64,000 nucleotides of DNA from positions 23,305 through 87,304 of the forward strand of contig JACPLN010000003.1 of assembly GCA_016186485.1 (NCBI GenBank), in the 5' to 3' direction. A program made the translations under genes and the position numbers. Below, piece after piece: positions 20,106 to 29,004 of the stretch; position 1 is the first letter of the stretch, and each line of letters opens with the position of its first letter. Source of the stretch: Candidatus Nealsonbacteria bacterium (GTDB lineage Bacteria; Patescibacteriota; Minisyncoccia; Minisyncoccales; UBA6532). Below the pieces are notes generated by a model, which was not told the origin of the DNA, searched no databases, and saw only the letters and a program-made list of their open reading frames with translations.

Positions 20106-21557
20106 ATGTCAACAAAAACCCAAAATCCGGTAAGGGTAAGAATTGCGCCTTCTCCAACGGGACCATTGCATATTGGTACTGCTCGTACCGCCCTATTTAA
20201 TTATCTTTTTGCCAAAAAAGCAGGGGGCAGTTTCCTTTTAAGGATTGAAGACACTGATTTAGAAAGATCGGATAAAAAGTTTGAAAAAGATATTATAAAT
20301 AATTTAAAGTGGCTGGGCATTAAATGGGATGAAAAAACATATTACCAAAGCAAGCGTTTAAGTATTTACGCCAAATATCTGGAAAGGTTGTTAAAAGATG
20401 GCAAAGCCTATTACTGCTTTTGCTCTGAGGAGGAGCTAGAGGCCAAAAGGCAATATTTTATGGGTATTGGAAAAGCCCCGATATATTCTGGCAAATGCGG
20501 AGAACTTTCAGAAAAGGAAGTTAAAGAAAAACTTGGCAGGAAAGAAAATTCTATTATTCGCTTTAGGGCGCCGGAAAAAATAGTTAAGTTCAAAGATTTA
20601 ATAAGGGGAGCTTTGGAGTTTGACTCTGCTTTAATTGGAGATTTCTCAATAGCCAAAGGCCTTTCCAGCCCTTTGTACAATTTTGCCGTAGTTATAGACG
20701 ATTTTGAAATGGGAATTTCCCACGTTATCAGAGGAGAAGATCATATTTCCAACACCCCAAAACAAATTCTTTTGCAGGAAGCCTTTGGATTTCATCAGCC
20801 GGAATACGCTCATTTGCCCCTTATTTTAGGCCCAGACAGATCCAAACTTAGCAAGAGGCATGGGGTAACGTCAATCGCTGATTATAAAAAAGCCGGCTAT
20901 CTTTCAGACGCACTAATTAACTTTATGGCTTTTTTAGGGTGGAATCCGGGAGATCAAAGGGAGATTTTCTCTTTAAATGATTTGGAGAAAGAATTCTCTT
21001 TAGAAAAAGTTCAGAAAGCCGGGGCCGTATTTAATATAAGCCGTTTGGATTATTTAAACGGATACTATATCCGTAAAAAACCGTTAAAAGAGCTGGTTAA
21101 GCTTTCTGCCGGCTATTTAAAAAGCGCCGGGCTGGTTAAGTCAAAATATGATGCCAAATATCTTGCTAAAGTTATCGGTTTATACCAGGGGCGCCTAAAA
21201 AAGCTTTCAGAACTGCCGGATTTAGTTGATTTTGCATTCAAAGACGGGTTAGAATACGGTAAAGAGCTCTTAAAATGGAAAAATATGACAGATCAGGAAG
21301 TAATAGTCTCTCTTGACATTTTACAAGAAATATTGTCTAAAATATCCCCCAAAAAATTTACTAAGGAAAACCTGGAAGAAATTTTATTGCCAGTGGCCCA
21401 AGAACAGGGGAGTGGCGACAGGGGAAAATTGCTTTGGCCACTAAGAGCGGCTTTGACCGGGAAAGAATCTTCGGCAGGGCCATTTGAAATAGCTGAAGTT
21501 CTGGGTAAAATCAGGACTTTAAAAAGAATAAAAGAGGCCGGGGAACTGATGAAATAA
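20106..21557 (+). CDS. gltX: Glutamate--tRNA ligase
   Basis: RIAPSPTG.LHIG, RIEDTD, RGEDH, KLSKR. Confidence 0.97.
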   Translation: MSTKTQNPVRVRIAPSPTGPLHIGTARTALFNYLFAKKAGGSFLLRIEDTDLERSDKKFEKDIINNLKWLGIKWDEKTYYQSKRLSIYAKYLERLLKDGKAYYCFCSEEELEAKRQYFMGIGKAPIYSGKCGELSEKEVKEKLGRKENSIIRFRAPEKIVKFKDLIRGALEFDSALIGDFSIAKGLSSPLYNFAVVIDDFEMGISHVIRGEDHISNTPKQILLQEAFGFHQPEYAHLPLILGPDRSKLSKRHGVTSIADYKKAGYLSDALINFMAFLGWNPGDQREIFSLNDLEKEFSLEKVQKAGAVFNISRLDYLNGYYIRKKPLKELVKLSAGYLKSAGLVKSKYDAKYLAKVIGLYQGRLKKLSELPDLVDFAFKDGLEYGKELLKWKNMTDQEVIVSLDILQEILSKISPKKFTKENLEEILLPVAQEQGSGDRGKLLWPLRAALTGKESSAGPFEIAEVLGKIRTLKRIKEAGELMK

Positions 21558-21583
21558 AAAAATCGCTTCTTATTAGAAGCGAT

Positions 21584-22030
21584 CTAGGGCAAAATTGTGC
21601 CTTTCAGCCTTTTGCAATATTTCTGCAATATCTCGTTTTCTCTCCGTAATTCAGCGTTATTTTTCTCCAATAAAATGTAGTTTTGCAGGAATTTGTAGAG
21701 TCGTGATAACGCCGCAATGGCTGGGTATGTGGAAAGCAAAATGATCAGAAAGATTATTTGTATCCAGGGATGGCTGGCCAAAAGAAAGAAAACTGCCGCA
21801 AAGTAAATCGCTCCCACGGGTCTCGGAATTTTCTTATTTTCATGAAAGATTATGCGTCCGCCAAGAAACAGCGTTGATCCAATTAAGGCGACGAAGAAAA
21901 AGGATGCCGCGCCCATTGTAAATCCGCTAAGTTCGCTGCGAATTGGTTCTAATACCCAGAAGAAATAAACCAAAAGCAGGAATGCCGCTAACGGAGAAAA
22001 AGCATAATATATTTTTTCTTCTTTTTTCAA
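21584..22030 (-). CDS. Hypothetical membrane protein with C-terminal coiled coil
   Basis: 4 hydrophobic segments; promoter TTGACA-17-TATGCT at 22081-22053. Confidence 0.65.
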   Translation of the reverse strand: MKKEEKIYYAFSPLAAFLLLVYFFWVLEPIRSELSGFTMGAASFFFVALIGSTLFLGGRIIFHENKKIPRPVGAIYFAAVFFLLASHPWIQIIFLIILLSTYPAIAALSRLYKFLQNYILLEKNNAELRRENEILQKYCKRLKGTILP

Positions 22031-22479
22031 TGTTCAATCCGCCTATAAAAAAAGCATACAAAATAATAATAACTTTGTCAATAGCAAGCATGTTTTTGTT
22101 TAGTTTCGGAGTTTCTGCCCAAACTCCTTATTTTGACGTAAAACAGCCGGAAACTATTGATGAAGCGAGGAAAGTGGGCGGGGAATTCGCCAAAGAAGCT
22201 CAAAAACAGCTGCCTTCTACGATAAACAAGATCTTTAGGGGAGAAGTGCTGCCCTTGTGGCAAAAAGTCTGGAACATGACTAGCGGCTTGTTTAAACAAT
22301 ATTTTGAGCCCCAGCTTGATTATTGGTGGTTTAAATTAAAAGGTGTTTTATCTATTGAAGTTGAAAAGAGAAAGCCGGTTATTAAAGAAGAGTTTGAAAA
22401 AGAAAAAGAAGAAGTTAGACAAGAACTGCCGGGATTAACAAAAGATCTTTGGGAAAGACTTGGAGAGTTAATAAAATAG
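22030..22479 (+). CDS. Hypothetical, probably exported helical protein (start uncertain, 22030 or 22090)
   Basis: Signal-like VSA-Q segment; abuts the next gene. Confidence 0.65.
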   Translation: MFNPPIKKAYKIIITLSIASMFLFSFGVSAQTPYFDVKQPETIDEARKVGGEFAKEAQKQLPSTINKIFRGEVLPLWQKVWNMTSGLFKQYFEPQLDYWWFKLKGVLSIEVEKRKPVIKEEFEKEKEEVRQELPGLTKDLWERLGELIK

Positions 22480-22480
22480 C

Positions 22481-22972
22481 ATGCCTGCCTTTGTTTCTAA
22501 AAATATATATAAAGTAGTGGCAAAATTCGCTCCTGTGGTAAGCAATGATATTCTTTTGAGGCATGGGGGCAAGTATTTGCTGTTGAAAAGGACGGGTGTT
22601 CCTTGCAAGGGATTGTGGTGGACGCCAGGCAGAAGACTGCGGAAAAACGAACGCATTACAGACGCGGTTCATAATGTGATGAAAGAGGAGGTGGGGATAA
22701 AGAAGATCAAAATAAAAAAGTTCTTAGGGGTTTTTGAAGTATTTGCCAAACCCGGTAAATTCGGCCAAAAAGACATTCATTATGTTTCTTTCAGCTTTTT
22801 AGCAGAACCCGTTGGGAAATTTAAAGTAAAGATGGATTTTCAGCATTCAGAGTACGATTTTTTTAAAAAAGCGCCCAAAGATAGTCATCCTTTCGTAAAA
22901 AAGATATTTTCTTTAGCTAAAAATAAAGATTTTAGAGTTGCCCTACCGATTTTATGCAGAGTTTCGGGTTAG
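22481..22972 (+). CDS. NUDIX hydrolase (GDP-mannose hydrolase-like)
   Basis: WWTPG.R.RKNE...A.....KEEVG variant Nudix box; HY and QHSEY motifs. Confidence 0.8.
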   Translation: MPAFVSKNIYKVVAKFAPVVSNDILLRHGGKYLLLKRTGVPCKGLWWTPGRRLRKNERITDAVHNVMKEEVGIKKIKIKKFLGVFEVFAKPGKFGQKDIHYVSFSFLAEPVGKFKVKMDFQHSEYDFFKKAPKDSHPFVKKIFSLAKNKDFRVALPILCRVSG

Positions 22973-22980
22973 GGGAGCGT

Positions 22981-23008
22981 TTGACACCGCTTTTCGCGGT
23001 GTTATCAT
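22981..23008 (+). promoter_or_regulatory. Promoter of the recombinase with an embedded palindrome
   Basis: TTGACA...TATCAT; ACACCGC-N5-GCGGTGT at 22984-23002. Confidence 0.6.
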
Positions 23009-23018
23009 AAATATAGAA

Positions 23019-23046
23019 TAGTCGCACAATGTAGGTAAAGCGACAT
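23019..23046. other. Putative dif chromosome-dimer resolution site
   Basis: TAGTCGCACAA-TGTAGG-TAAAGCGACAT, 11-6-11 with GTCGC/GCGAC dyad, next to the xer gene and near the strand switch. Confidence 0.65.
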
Positions 23047-23052
23047 ATAAAT

Positions 23053-24009
23053 ATGAATGAATCTAATAACCCTATAATTAAACATATTCCCGACTTTTTG
23101 GATTATTGCGAGGTTGAAAAAGGCTTGGCAGATAAAACTCAGGAAAACTATAAAAGGTACTTGGAAAAGTTCGTATTCTGGTTAAAGACAACCAAAAAAG
23201 CGGATTTAAAGCCACACGAACTTACCCCGGACGATATTTGGGCTTATCGCTTATATTTAAGCCGATTTCGGGTAAAATCGGGTCAATCCCTTAAAAAAGT
23301 CACCCAAAACTACTATTTAATTGCTTTAAGGGCTTTTCTGAGCTATTTTACCGCTAAAGACATACTTTGCCTTCCTGCGGATAAAATAACCCTTCCAAAA
23401 GACATTAAACGCGAGAAAAGCCTTAAGTTCCTTACCCTTGAACAAATAGAGAGGCTGCTTTTGGCTCCTGATACCAAAAACCTGTCCGGGTTGCGAGACA
23501 GGGCAATCGTAGAATCCCTTTTCTCTACCGGTTTAAGAATAGCTGAACTGGTGGCTCTAAATAGAGAACAGTTTGCCAACCTGAAAGAAAAAAAGGATTT
23601 AGAACTTGGGGTGATTGGCAAGGGCGGTTACCCGAGAACCGTCTACTTTTCAGAAAGAGCAATTTCCTGGGTTAAAAAGTACTTGGAAACCCGTAAAGAC
23701 AAGGAAAAGGCTCTGTTTGTTCACTACAGGGCCAGAAAAGGCGCGGAAGCCCGACTGACGGCTCGTTCCATAGAGAGAATCGTCAAAAAGTATGCAATTT
23801 TGTCCGGCATCCCAATTTTTACTACCCCTCATACCCTCCGCCACAGTATGGCTACCGACCTTTTAACACAAGGGGTTGATTTAAGAACTATTCAAGAATT
23901 TTTAGGGCATAAAAATATTGTTACAACCCAAGTCTATACTCATGTAACAAACAAACGTCTGCGCGATATCCACCGCCAATTCCACAGCGGCAAAAATCTT
24001 AAAGTATAA
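23053..24009 (+). CDS. Xer-family tyrosine recombinase
   Basis: N-terminal SAM-like domain; TGLRIAEL, GKG, HTLRHS, LGH, TTQVYT catalytic set intact. Confidence 0.93.
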   Translation: MNESNNPIIKHIPDFLDYCEVEKGLADKTQENYKRYLEKFVFWLKTTKKADLKPHELTPDDIWAYRLYLSRFRVKSGQSLKKVTQNYYLIALRAFLSYFTAKDILCLPADKITLPKDIKREKSLKFLTLEQIERLLLAPDTKNLSGLRDRAIVESLFSTGLRIAELVALNREQFANLKEKKDLELGVIGKGGYPRTVYFSERAISWVKKYLETRKDKEKALFVHYRARKGAEARLTARSIERIVKKYAILSGIPIFTTPHTLRHSMATDLLTQGVDLRTIQEFLGHKNIVTTQVYTHVTNKRLRDIHRQFHSGKNLKV

Positions 24010-24055
24010 AAAAGGGTCTTGGTTAACATCTTCGTATTAAGATGTTTCCAAAACC

Positions 24056-24409
24056 TTAGGCTATACGGATTGCCTGTTCCTGATCTTGTGTTTCTGTTGG
24101 GGTTGTGGGCAGCTCAGGAAACCTCTTCTTCATACTATCCTCTAAGCTGGCCTCGAGAGAGATCGGTAGACCCTTTATTTCTTCCTTTTTCGATCTTACT
24201 ATTTCGGCTAATTTCTTTAGGTTAGGTTCTTGGGAATTCGTAAGCTGTATCTCTAGGTCCCTCAGAATTCCTACTGCCCTTATCAAGTCATCAACGCACT
24301 TGATTTCTGTGGGCATTTTGCCTGTTTCGAAATCTATCCCTCCCAGAAATATTCCGTCCACCCGTAACACTCCGTTCACATCTACTGCATTCCGCTTAAC
24401 TATTTCCAT
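24056..24409 (-). CDS. Hypothetical protein (ORFan)
   Basis: Promoter TTGACA-18-TATAAT (24448-24419) 9 nt before ATG. Confidence 0.65.
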   Translation of the reverse strand: MEIVKRNAVDVNGVLRVDGIFLGGIDFETGKMPTEIKCVDDLIRAVGILRDLEIQLTNSQEPNLKKLAEIVRSKKEEIKGLPISLEASLEDSMKKRFPELPTTPTETQDQEQAIRIA

Positions 24410-24489
24410 TGCATCTACATTATACCATAATTACTATAGTTTTGTCAAGTATTGTTGGACTAACTTTATTGTGTTAAATTAATAGAATC

Positions 24490-25236
24490 ATGGAAACGAT
24501 ACTAAAGGTAAATAATCTGACAAAAAAATACGACGGCTTTACGGCCGTCAGTAATGTTTCTTTTGAGGTTAAAGAGGGCGAAATCGTGGGGTTGCTGGGG
24601 CCCAACGGAGCCGGCAAGACCACCACTATTCACATGCTTTTGTCTTTGCTGGAGCCGACTTCAGGAAAAATTGAGATTTTCGGAAAAGATTTATTTAAAA
24701 ACAGAGAAAATATTCTTTCTCGGGTAAATTTTGTCGCTCCGTACTCTCCCCTGCCGTACAATCTTACCCCTTATGAAAACCTAACCGTCTTTTCTTTCCT
24801 CTACGCCGTAAAGAACCGTAAAAATCGGGTTGAAAGTTTGCTTGAAGAGTTTCAGCTTCAAAAATTTAGAAACAGCAGAACTGGAAGTCTTTCTGCCGGA
24901 GAGCAAACCCGGCTTAGCATAGCTAAGGCGTTTATAAATGACCCGCGGCTGCTTTTGCTTGACGAACCAACCGTGCACTTGGACCCTTTGATCGCCAGAG
25001 AAATACGCGAAAAAATTTATTATAAAATGAGAGTAATTAAAGGAGGGGTTCTTTGGACTTCCCATAATATGAAGGAGATTGAGACAATGTGCGATAAAAT
25101 AATCTTTCTCTTTAACGGAAAAATATTCGCCGAGGACTCTCCGGAAAATCTTAAGAGAAGTTTTGGCAAAGAGGATCTTGAAGAAGTATTTATTCATCTG
25201 TCCAAAGAGGCAGAAAAACAAACTTATGACGATTAA
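24490..25236 (+). CDS. ABC-2 type exporter ATP-binding protein
   Basis: GPNGAGKTT, LSAGE, LLLDEP. Confidence 0.93.
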   Translation: METILKVNNLTKKYDGFTAVSNVSFEVKEGEIVGLLGPNGAGKTTTIHMLLSLLEPTSGKIEIFGKDLFKNRENILSRVNFVAPYSPLPYNLTPYENLTVFSFLYAVKNRKNRVESLLEEFQLQKFRNSRTGSLSAGEQTRLSIAKAFINDPRLLLLDEPTVHLDPLIAREIREKIYYKMRVIKGGVLWTSHNMKEIETMCDKIIFLFNGKIFAEDSPENLKRSFGKEDLEEVFIHLSKEAEKQTYDD

Positions 25237-26032
25237 TTACCTGCACATATTCGGAATACTGCTAAAACATTTATTCTTGTTAAGAAAAAGCTGGCACCGC
25301 ATATTCAATATGTTCTTTTGGATTACGGTGGAGCTTTTCGGCTGGGGGTTTATTACTCTTTGGCTGAAAAGCATTGCCGGAGCTGACAAAAAAATTGATT
25401 TTATTTTGCTGCTGCTTTCGGCTCTCATATTCTGGCATATTTTTATGCGCGTCCAAAACGCTTTTTCCGTTTCCTTTCTGGAAGACATATGGGCGCGCAA
25501 TATGATAAATTTATTTGCCTCGCCCCTAAGATTCAGCGAGTTTGTCGTGGCCCTCGTTTTTTACAGCTTAGTATCTGCCGGCTTCGGCCTGCTCTATGTC
25601 AGCGCCTTGGCTTTTGTTCTTTACGCTCTTGATATTTGGCAGCTGGGCTTTTACATTATTCCCCTTTTCTTGAATATTCTTCTATTCGGCTGGTCGCTGG
25701 GCCTGCTTACGGTCAGCCTGATAATCCGCTACGGTCCATCAATTGAGGTTTTGGCCTGGGCCTTGCCTTATTTGTTCTTCCCCATCTCTGCCGTTTATTA
25801 CCCTTTAAGCGTATTTCCTGAACTTTTGCAAAAAATCGCCTTTTTCGTACCAACAATGCACCTTTTTGAAGGCATGCGCAGAGTCCTATTAGAGGGCGTT
25901 TTCCCCAAAGAGAGCGTTGCCTGGGCCAGCGTTTTAAACTTATTTTATTTTTCCATAAGCGCCCTCGTCTTTTATCTATCAATTAAAGTAGCAATAAAAA
26001 AGGGCCTGATTGCCCGTTTGGTTACCGACTAA
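25226..26032 (+). CDS. ABC-2 type exporter permease
   Basis: 6 TM segments, NLFASP and YYPLSVFP patterns; start placed at ATG 25226. Confidence 0.88.
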   Translation: MTINYLHIFGILLKHLFLLRKSWHRIFNMFFWITVELFGWGFITLWLKSIAGADKKIDFILLLLSALIFWHIFMRVQNAFSVSFLEDIWARNMINLFASPLRFSEFVVALVFYSLVSAGFGLLYVSALAFVLYALDIWQLGFYIIPLFLNILLFGWSLGLLTVSLIIRYGPSIEVLAWALPYLFFPISAVYYPLSVFPELLQKIAFFVPTMHLFEGMRRVLLEGVFPKESVAWASVLNLFYFSISALVFYLSIKVAIKKGLIARLVTD

Positions 26033-26035
26033 TAA

Positions 26036-26524
26036 TTAGATTCTATCCAGTATTATCTTAAACCAAGGAGTGTATTTTTGGGGATTTTTTTTCATATCCT
26101 TTTTCAATTCCGGAAGACTTATCCACTTCCAGTCATCCACCTCTTTTTTGTTTGGATTCGCCCTGCCTTCAAACTTTCCCATAAAAACATGGTCAAATTC
26201 GTGTTCAATTAAATTTCCCAACTTAGCTTTGTACTTAAAAGTAAAAACCTCTTTAAGCGGGCAACTTATCCCCATTTCTTCTTTCAGCCTTTTTTCCGCT
26301 TGTTTTTTTAAGTTGTAGCTTAATCTTGGATGGGAACAGCAGGTGTTGGTCCAAAGGCCCGGAGAATGGTATTTTGACAATGCTCTTCTTTGAAGCATGG
26401 TTTCTCCTTTAGAGTTGAAAACCAGGATTGAAAAAGCGCGGTGAAGCCTGCCTTTCTGGTGAGCCCTTATTTTTTCTTCCTTTCCTATTCTTTTATCGTT
26501 TCTATCAACAAGAATTACATCCAT
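26036..26524 (-). CDS. idi: Isopentenyl-diphosphate isomerase type 1
   Basis: LHRAFS, WTNTCCSHP, EHEFDH, TPWF; start placed at ATG 26524 (MDVILVD). Confidence 0.95.
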   Translation of the reverse strand: MDVILVDRNDKRIGKEEKIRAHQKGRLHRAFSILVFNSKGETMLQRRALSKYHSPGLWTNTCCSHPRLSYNLKKQAEKRLKEEMGISCPLKEVFTFKYKAKLGNLIEHEFDHVFMGKFEGRANPNKKEVDDWKWISLPELKKDMKKNPQKYTPWFKIILDRI

Positions 26525-26529
26525 AGCTT

Positions 26530-27222
26530 TTATTTTCCGAACCTCCTTTTGCGGCTTAAAAACCATTCTAGGGCTTCGTCCAGACCTTTTTCTTTGAAGT
26601 CCGGCCAATAGGTTGAAGTGAAGTAAAGCTCTGAATAAGCAGACTGCCAGGTTAAGAAATTGGAAAGGCGCTGTTCCCCGCCCGTCCTGATTATAAGATC
26701 GGGGTCGGGCAATCCGGCTGTCCAAAGATTGTCAGATACAAGATCTTGAGTTATTTTTCCGGGAGGAATTTTACTTTTGACTATTTTTTTGACAGCTTCA
26801 ACTATTTCTATTCTGCCGCCGTAAGACAGAGCAAAGTTTATTATCCCCCATTGATTGCGTTTTGTCAGGAGCTCCGCTTTTTTAACCGTTTTTTTAAGGG
26901 ATTCCGGCAGTTTTTCTCTTTGGCCAATAACCTTTATTTTAAAACCTTCTTTGTGTATTTTAGCCATATCTTCGCTTAGGGCCCTTTCAATTAAAGACAT
27001 GAGGAACTTAACCTCTTTTTCGGGGCGCCCCCAATTTTCTGTTGAAAAAGTATATATTGTTATTATTTTTATTCCCTTGTCTTTGCAGGCCCTGACTATT
27101 TCCCTAAATCTTTTCCTGCCTTCTAGGTGCCCTGCAAAATCGGGCAAGTGTTTTTCCCTTGCCCATCTTCGGTTGCCGTCAATAATAAAACCAATATGTT
27201 GTGGTGTGGCAATATTGGTCAT
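26530..27222 (-). CDS. uppS: Cis-prenyltransferase (undecaprenyl diphosphate synthase)
   Basis: IDGNRRWA, FSTENW.R, YGGR, IRTGGEQRLSNFL. Confidence 0.96.
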   Translation of the reverse strand: MTNIATPQHIGFIIDGNRRWAREKHLPDFAGHLEGRKRFREIVRACKDKGIKIITIYTFSTENWGRPEKEVKFLMSLIERALSEDMAKIHKEGFKIKVIGQREKLPESLKKTVKKAELLTKRNQWGIINFALSYGGRIEIVEAVKKIVKSKIPPGKITQDLVSDNLWTAGLPDPDLIIRTGGEQRLSNFLTWQSAYSELYFTSTYWPDFKEKGLDEALEWFLSRKRRFGK

Positions 27223-27235
27223 TTTTATAAATATA

Positions 27236-28165
27236 TCATATTAAATAATCGCTTTCAATAAGGGTTTTGCCGGGTAAAACAAAGGGGGCTTTAAATCCTA
27301 AAAAATAAGCTAAATTGGTAGCTAATTTACCGAGAAATATCTTTGGAAGAAAGAATTTTCTTGCCTCTTTCCTGTAAGCGATAAAATCAGGGAAGTTATT
27401 AATTAAAATTTCCGCAGCGCTTAAATTCCAAATAACTCCTCCCCCGCTCCACGGTTTGGTAAATCCGGCAGCGTCTCCGCAGAGAGTAACCTTCTCGTTT
27501 TTGGGGATTATTAATCCCTGCGGTATTAACCAAGCCAGCAGCCTGCCTTGTTTTACTCCTTTATTTTTTAAAAAGTTTTCAAAGATTTCTCTTGATATTT
27601 TCGGATTTGCCATAACGCCGTATTCTGTTTCGTTTCCCCTTGGTATTTTCCATATAAATCCCCTATTTTTTTGGGGCCAAGCTTCAACAAAATTATCTCC
27701 GTTGTGATTTTCCGTAAAGATTTGTAATCCGGAATAGAATTTGGGTTCTGATAGCCCCAAGCTTTTTCTTACGAAAGATTGGGCGCCATCGCAGCCGATA
27801 ACCCTGTCAAAGGACGATGGAATTTCGCTTATCGGATGGCGAATAAAAATATCTGCTCCGGCCGATATTGCAAGATCGGCTGTTAACATATCTAGTTTGG
27901 CATGGCTCATTACAAAAAAGGGCTTTTGAAATCTTATCTTCACGGTCTTTTTGGGAAAATGTATTAAGGCGTAATCTATCCTGTTTTGCACTAATTTTTT
28001 GCTTTCCGGAACAAATTTAAAAATCCTTTCGGAAAAAAGGCCGGAACAAACTTCCTTTCCTATACAGCTTTTTTTTTCAAAAACACTGACTTTGTGCCCG
28101 TTTTCTGAAAGCTTCCAGGCAATATACAGGCCGCAAATTCCGGCTCCAATAATGGCTAGCTTCAT
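27236..28165 (-). CDS. Geranylgeranyl reductase-family FAD oxidoreductase
   Basis: GAGICG, CSGL, GCDGA.S.VR, WKIP, GDAAG..KPWSGGG. Confidence 0.8.
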   Translation of the reverse strand: MKLAIIGAGICGLYIAWKLSENGHKVSVFEKKSCIGKEVCSGLFSERIFKFVPESKKLVQNRIDYALIHFPKKTVKIRFQKPFFVMSHAKLDMLTADLAISAGADIFIRHPISEIPSSFDRVIGCDGAQSFVRKSLGLSEPKFYSGLQIFTENHNGDNFVEAWPQKNRGFIWKIPRGNETEYGVMANPKISREIFENFLKNKGVKQGRLLAWLIPQGLIIPKNEKVTLCGDAAGFTKPWSGGGVIWNLSAAEILINNFPDFIAYRKEARKFFLPKIFLGKLATNLAYFLGFKAPFVLPGKTLIESDYLI

Positions 28166-28209
28166 CTTGAAAAGTTTTTTTAAACCTGTTAGTATAATAA
28201 TACAATATT

Positions 28210-28527
28210 ATGGCAAAAACTAAAGCCTCAGGCGCAACAAGATTGGGCAGGGATTCCCAGCCAAAATATTTGGGGATCAAGCTTTATGAAGGCGAGATTG
28301 CAAAACCCGGCCAAATTTTGGTTAGGCAAAGAGGAACAAAATTCTTAGCTGGCCAGAACGTTAAACGCGGAGGAGACGACACTTTGTACGCAATGAAAGC
28401 CGGTTTGGTTAAATTTAAAACTTTTAGGAAAAGATCTTTTGACAATTCTCAAAGAATAGCAAAAACCGTAAACATAGAACTATTAGAGGCGAAAGAAGAC
28501 GGAAAACGAACAAGAAAGAGGAAATGA
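28210..28527 (+). CDS. rpmA: 50S ribosomal protein L27 (with basic C-terminal extension)
   Basis: GRDSQPKYLGIK, ILVRQRGT, GGDDTLYA. Confidence 0.96.
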   Translation: MAKTKASGATRLGRDSQPKYLGIKLYEGEIAKPGQILVRQRGTKFLAGQNVKRGGDDTLYAMKAGLVKFKTFRKRSFDNSQRIAKTVNIELLEAKEDGKRTRKRK

Positions 28528-28603
28528 AGAAAAGGTAAGGGCTAAATTCTTAAACAGGCTGGAGGAACTTGAAAAAGAAAACTGGGAATTAATAGGCTGG
28601 TAT

Positions 28604-28993
28604 ATGCTGGGATTAAACGATACTCATTGGATGCCAATCCCGGAGAAGCTTTCTGAGTCGGAAACGTTCCAAACAGCTAAAAAAGAAATTAAAGAACGGA
28701 TAATGCCTTTCAAAAAATGGAAGGCCTCTGGTCAAACGGGCTATCTTGGGGAATGTCTTTCGCAAGAAAAATCCGACAATATAGAATCTCTGCATTTTGT
28801 AATTTATCTTCTTAAAGAAAATATTGTTTGCTGCCTTTCTTTCGGAGAGCATAAATTCCCGGATAATGAATTATTCCAATCGGTTTTTGGCAACGCCGGC
28901 TATACGATAACTTTCCAGCCATTGCAAGACTATTTCTTTCTGCTGGCAAAAGAAATATCAGAACTAAAGAAAAATGTAAAAAGAGACAAGTAG
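28604..28993 (+). CDS. Hypothetical protein (frame stays open upstream to 28487)
   Basis: ORF fills the gap; upstream in-frame extension reads as protein-like. Confidence 0.6.
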   Translation: MLGLNDTHWMPIPEKLSESETFQTAKKEIKERIMPFKKWKASGQTGYLGECLSQEKSDNIESLHFVIYLLKENIVCCLSFGEHKFPDNELFQSVFGNAGYTITFQPLQDYFFLLAKEISELKKNVKRDK

Positions 28994-29004
28994 CGTCTCT
29001 TTTA

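Noticed and set aside
23053-24009. Prophage or island integrase
   Set aside because: Xer-like size and motifs, housekeeping context, and no phage genes or att duplication.
26525-26725. Long N-terminal extension of Idi
   Set aside because: It overlaps uppS in another frame; ATG 26524 gives a normal IDI-1 start.
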